The notes under the pieces are model-generated. The model saw only the letters and a list, made by a program, of their open reading frames with translations, was not told the origin of the DNA and did not search any database. Shown piece after piece: positions 60,779-64,000 of a stretch of DNA of 64,000 bases. Source of the DNA: the human T2T-CHM13v2.0 reference genome, Homo sapiens; the NCBI RefSeq assembly GCF_009914755.1, contig NC_060925.1, one strand, 5' to 3'. Position 1 is the stretch's first letter. Every line of letters starts with the position of its first letter. The position numbers and the translations under genes are program-made.

Positions 60779-61744
60779 ATAAAATTGATTGAAATCATCA
60801 TCGAATGGAATCGAATGGTATCATTGAATGGAATCGAATGGAATCATCATCAGATGGAAATGAATGGAATCGTCATAGAATGGAATCGAATGGATTCATT
60901 GAATGGAATCAGATGGAATCATCGAATGGACTGGAATGGAATCATTGAATGGACTCGAAAGGGATCATGATTGAATGGAATTGAATGGAATCATCGAATG
61001 GTCTCGATTGGAATCATTATCAAATGGAATCGAATGGAATCACCGAATAGAATCGAATGGAACAATCATCGAATGGACTCAAATGGAATTATCCTCAAAT
61101 GGAATCGAATGGAATTATCGAATGCAATCGAATGGAATTATCGAATGCAATCGAATAGAATCATCGAAAGGACTCGAATGGAATCATCGAATGGAATGGA
61201 ATGGAACAGTCAATGAACTCGAATGGAATCATCATTGAATGGAATCGAATGGAATCATCGAATAAAATTGATTGAAATCATCATCGAATGGAATCGAATG
61301 GTATCATTGAATGGAATCGAATGGAATCATCATCAGATGGAAATGAATGGAATCGTCATAGAATGGAATCGAATGGATTCATTGAATGGAATCAGATGGA
61401 ATCATCGAATGGACTGGAATGGAATCATTGATGGGACTCGAAAGGGATCATTATTGAATGGAATTGAATGGAATCATCGAATGGTCTCGATTGGAATCAT
61501 TATCAAATGGAATCGAATGGAATCACCGAATAGAATCGAATGGAACAATCATCGAATGGACTCAAATGGAATTATCCTCCAATGGAATCGAATGGAATTA
61601 TCGAATGCAATCGAATGGAATTATCGAATGCAATCGAATAGAATCATCGAATGGACTCGAATGGAATCATCGAATGGAATGGAATGGAACAGTCAATGAA
61701 CTCGAATGGAATCATCATTGAATGGAATCCAATGGAATCATCGA
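60779..61744 (+). repeat. Two consecutive 483-bp C-segment copies (rearrangement junction at ~61240-61262)
   Basis: 'aataaaattgattgaaatc' occurs at ~60778 and ~61261. The landmark spacing is 2259 = 1776 + 483. Confidence 0.87.
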
Positions 61745-64000
61745 GTGGAATCGAATGGAATTATGATCAAATGGAATCGAATGTAATCATCATCAAATAG
61801 AATCAAAAATAACCATCATCAATTGGTATTGAATGGAATTGTCATCAAATGGAATTCAAAGGAATCATCATCAAATGGAACCGAATGGAATCCTCATTGA
61901 ATGGAAATGAAAGGGGTCATCATCTAATGGAATCGCATGGAATCATCATCAAATGGAATCGAATGGAATCATCATCAAATGGAATCTAATGGAATCATTG
62001 AACAGAATTGAATGGAATCGTCATCGAATGAATTGAATGCAATCATCGAATGGTCTCGAATGGAATCATCTTCTAATGGAAAGGAATGGAATCATCGCAT
62101 AGAATCGAATGGAATTATCATCGAATGGAATCGAATGGTATCAACACCAAACGGAAAAAAACGGAATTATCGAATGGAATCGAAGAGAATCTTCGAACGG
62201 ACCCGAATGGAATCATCTAATGGAATGGAATGGAATAATCCATGGACTCGAATGCAATCATCATCGAATGGAATGGAATGGAATCATCGAATGGACTCGA
62301 ATGGAATAATCATTGAACGGAATCGAATGGAATCATCATCGGATGGAAACGAATGGAATCATCATCGAATGGAAATGAAAGGAGTCATCATCTAATGGAA
62401 TTGCATGGAATCATCATAAAATGGAATCGAATGGAATCAACATCAAATGGAATCAAATGGAATCATTGAACGGAATTGAATGGAATCGTCATCGAATGAA
62501 TTGACTGCAATCATCGAATGGTCTCGAATGGAATCATCTTCAAATGGAATGGAATGGAATCATCGCATAGAATCGAATGGAATTATCATCGAATGGAATC
62601 GAATGGAATCAACATCAAACGGAAAAAAACGGAATTATCAAATGGAATCGAAGAGAATCATCGAATGGACCCGAATGGAATCATCTAATGGAATGGAATG
62701 GAATAATCCATGGACTCGAATGCAATCATCATCGAATGGAATCGAATGGAATCATCGAATGGACTCGAATGGAATAATCATTGAACGGAATCGAATGGAA
62801 TCATCATCGGATGGAAATGAATGGAATCATCATCGAATGGAATCGAATAGAATTATGGAATGAAATCCAGTGTGATCATCATCGAATGGACCCGAATGGA
62901 ATCATCATCCAACGGAAGCTAATGGAATCAACATCGAATGAATCGAATGGAAACACCATCGAATTGAAACGAATGGAATTATCATGAAATTGAAATGGAT
63001 GGACTCATCATCGAATGGATTCGAATGGAATCATCGAATAAAATTGATTGAAATCATCATCCAATGGAATCGAATGGTATCATTGAATGGAATCGAATGG
63101 AATCATCATCAGATGGAAATGAATGGAATCGTCATAGAATGGAATCGAATGGATTCATTGAATGGAATCAGATGGAATCATCGAATGGACTGGAATGGAA
63201 TCATTGAATGGACTCGAAAGGGATCATGATTGAATGGAATTGAATGGAATCATCGAATGGTCTCGATTGGAATCATTATCAAATGGAATCGAATGGAATC
63301 ACCGAATAGAATCGAATGGAACAATCATCGAATGGACTCAAATGGAATTATCCTCCAATGGAATCGAATGGAATTATCGAATGCAATCGAATGGAATTAT
63401 CGAATGCAATCGAATAGAATCATCGAATGGACTCGAATGGAATCATCGAATGGAATGGAATGGAACAGTCAATGAACTCGAATGGAATCATCATTGAATG
63501 GAATCGAATGGAATCATCGAGTGGAATCGAATGGAATTATGATCAAATGGAATCGAATGTAATCATCATCAAATGAAATCAAAAATAACCATCATCAATT
63601 GGTATTGAATGGAATTGTCATCAAATGGAATTCAAAGGAATCATCATCAAATGGAACCGAATGGAATCCTCATTGAATGGAAATGAAAGGGGTCATCATC
63701 TAATGGAATCGCATGGAATCATCATCAAATGGAATCGAATGGAATCATCATCAAATGGAATCTAATGGAATCATTGAACAGAATTGAATGGAATCGTCAT
63801 CGAATGAATTGAATGCAATCATCGAATGGTCTCGAATGGAATCATCTTCTAATGGAAAGGAATGGAATCATCGCATAGAATCGAATGGAATTATCAGCGA
63901 ATGGAATCGAATGGTATCAACACCAAACGGAAAAAAACGGAATTATCGAATGGAATCGAAGAGAATCTTCGAACGGACCCGAATGGAATCATCTAATGGA

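Larger units (their letters stand above)
1..64000 (+). repeat. Human satellite II (HSat2) tandem array, GAATG strand, ~1.776-kb monomer (probably the chr1q12 pericentromeric array)
   Basis: The entire window consists of AATGGAATC(ATC)1-2G / GAATCGAATG motifs, rich in TCGA and GAATC. This fits HSat2 rather than the long perfect pentamer runs of HSat3. The landmark 'tgaaattg(a/t)aatggatggactc' occurs 34 times (464, 2360, 4126 ... 62984), with modal spacing exactly 1776 bp. Confidence 0.97.
20700..64000 (+). repeat. Regular HSat2 sub-domain of mostly exact 1776-bp monomers
   Basis: From landmark 19953 onward, 19 of 24 spacings are exactly 1776. The exceptions are 1703, 1799, 1773, 1753 and 2259. 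Confidence 0.9.

Noticed and set aside
9830-61262. Large rearrangement sizes (713, 1293) as sums of 23 and 26
   Set aside because: Any integer above 549 can be written as 23a+26b, so this carries no information.
8-63497. Many 60-178 aa plus-strand ORFs (MESSSNGMEWNHR...)
   Set aside because: They are translations of the ATG-rich satellite. They overlap in several frames, are low-complexity, are freely broken by stops and frameshifts between copies, and have no recognisable domains.
1-64000. CRISPR-like array suggested by the 23-26 bp repeats
   Set aside because: There are no unique spacers, no leader and no cas genes; the sequence is a continuous tandem satellite.
1-64000. HSat3, alpha satellite or telomeric repeat
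   Set aside because: There are no long perfect (GGAAT)n runs (about three at most), no 171-bp monomer or CENP-B box, and no TTAGGG tracts.
1-64000. Inserted mobile element or unique-sequence island
   Set aside because: Every length anomaly is accounted for arithmetically by internal duplications or deletions (e.g. 2391=1776+147+468; 2267=1776+23+468; 1703=1776-72-1). No Alu, L1, poly-A tail or target-site duplication is seen.
1-64000. Heat-shock elements from the abundant nGAAn
   Set aside because: The GAA units are almost all head-to-tail, and I saw no canonical alternating nGAAnnTTCn arrays. HSF1 stress bodies are mainly associated with HSat3.

Overview
The whole 64 kb window is one uninterrupted, single-orientation array of Human Satellite II (HSat2, a diverged (CATTC)n/(GAATG)n satellite). 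It is shown on the purine-rich GAATG strand and is built from a 1776-bp monomer. The unit length and the single EcoRI site per unit fit the chromosome 1q12 pericentromeric HSat2 array (pUC1.77/D1Z1 type); that assignment is inferred, not proven. I see no genes, transposons, RNA genes or CRISPR arrays, and every ORF is a translation of the satellite. What is of interest is the repeat architecture. (1) The periodicity is nested: 5 bp, 23/26 bp, a 468-bp dimer, then the 1776-bp monomer. (2) A rearranged, heterogeneous domain spans about 1-21 kb. It has a diverged subunit lineage, 147-bp duplications, 468-bp copy-number changes and long-range duplicated blocks. (3) A regular domain spans about 21-64 kb. 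It holds a local 3-monomer (5328-bp) higher-order repeat, recent adjacent monomer duplications and a 5-monomer-offset copy with a 1293-bp deletion. I found no support for a novel protein- or RNA-coding system. Coordinates were read by eye from ORF landmarks and diagnostic variants, so breakpoints are approximate.
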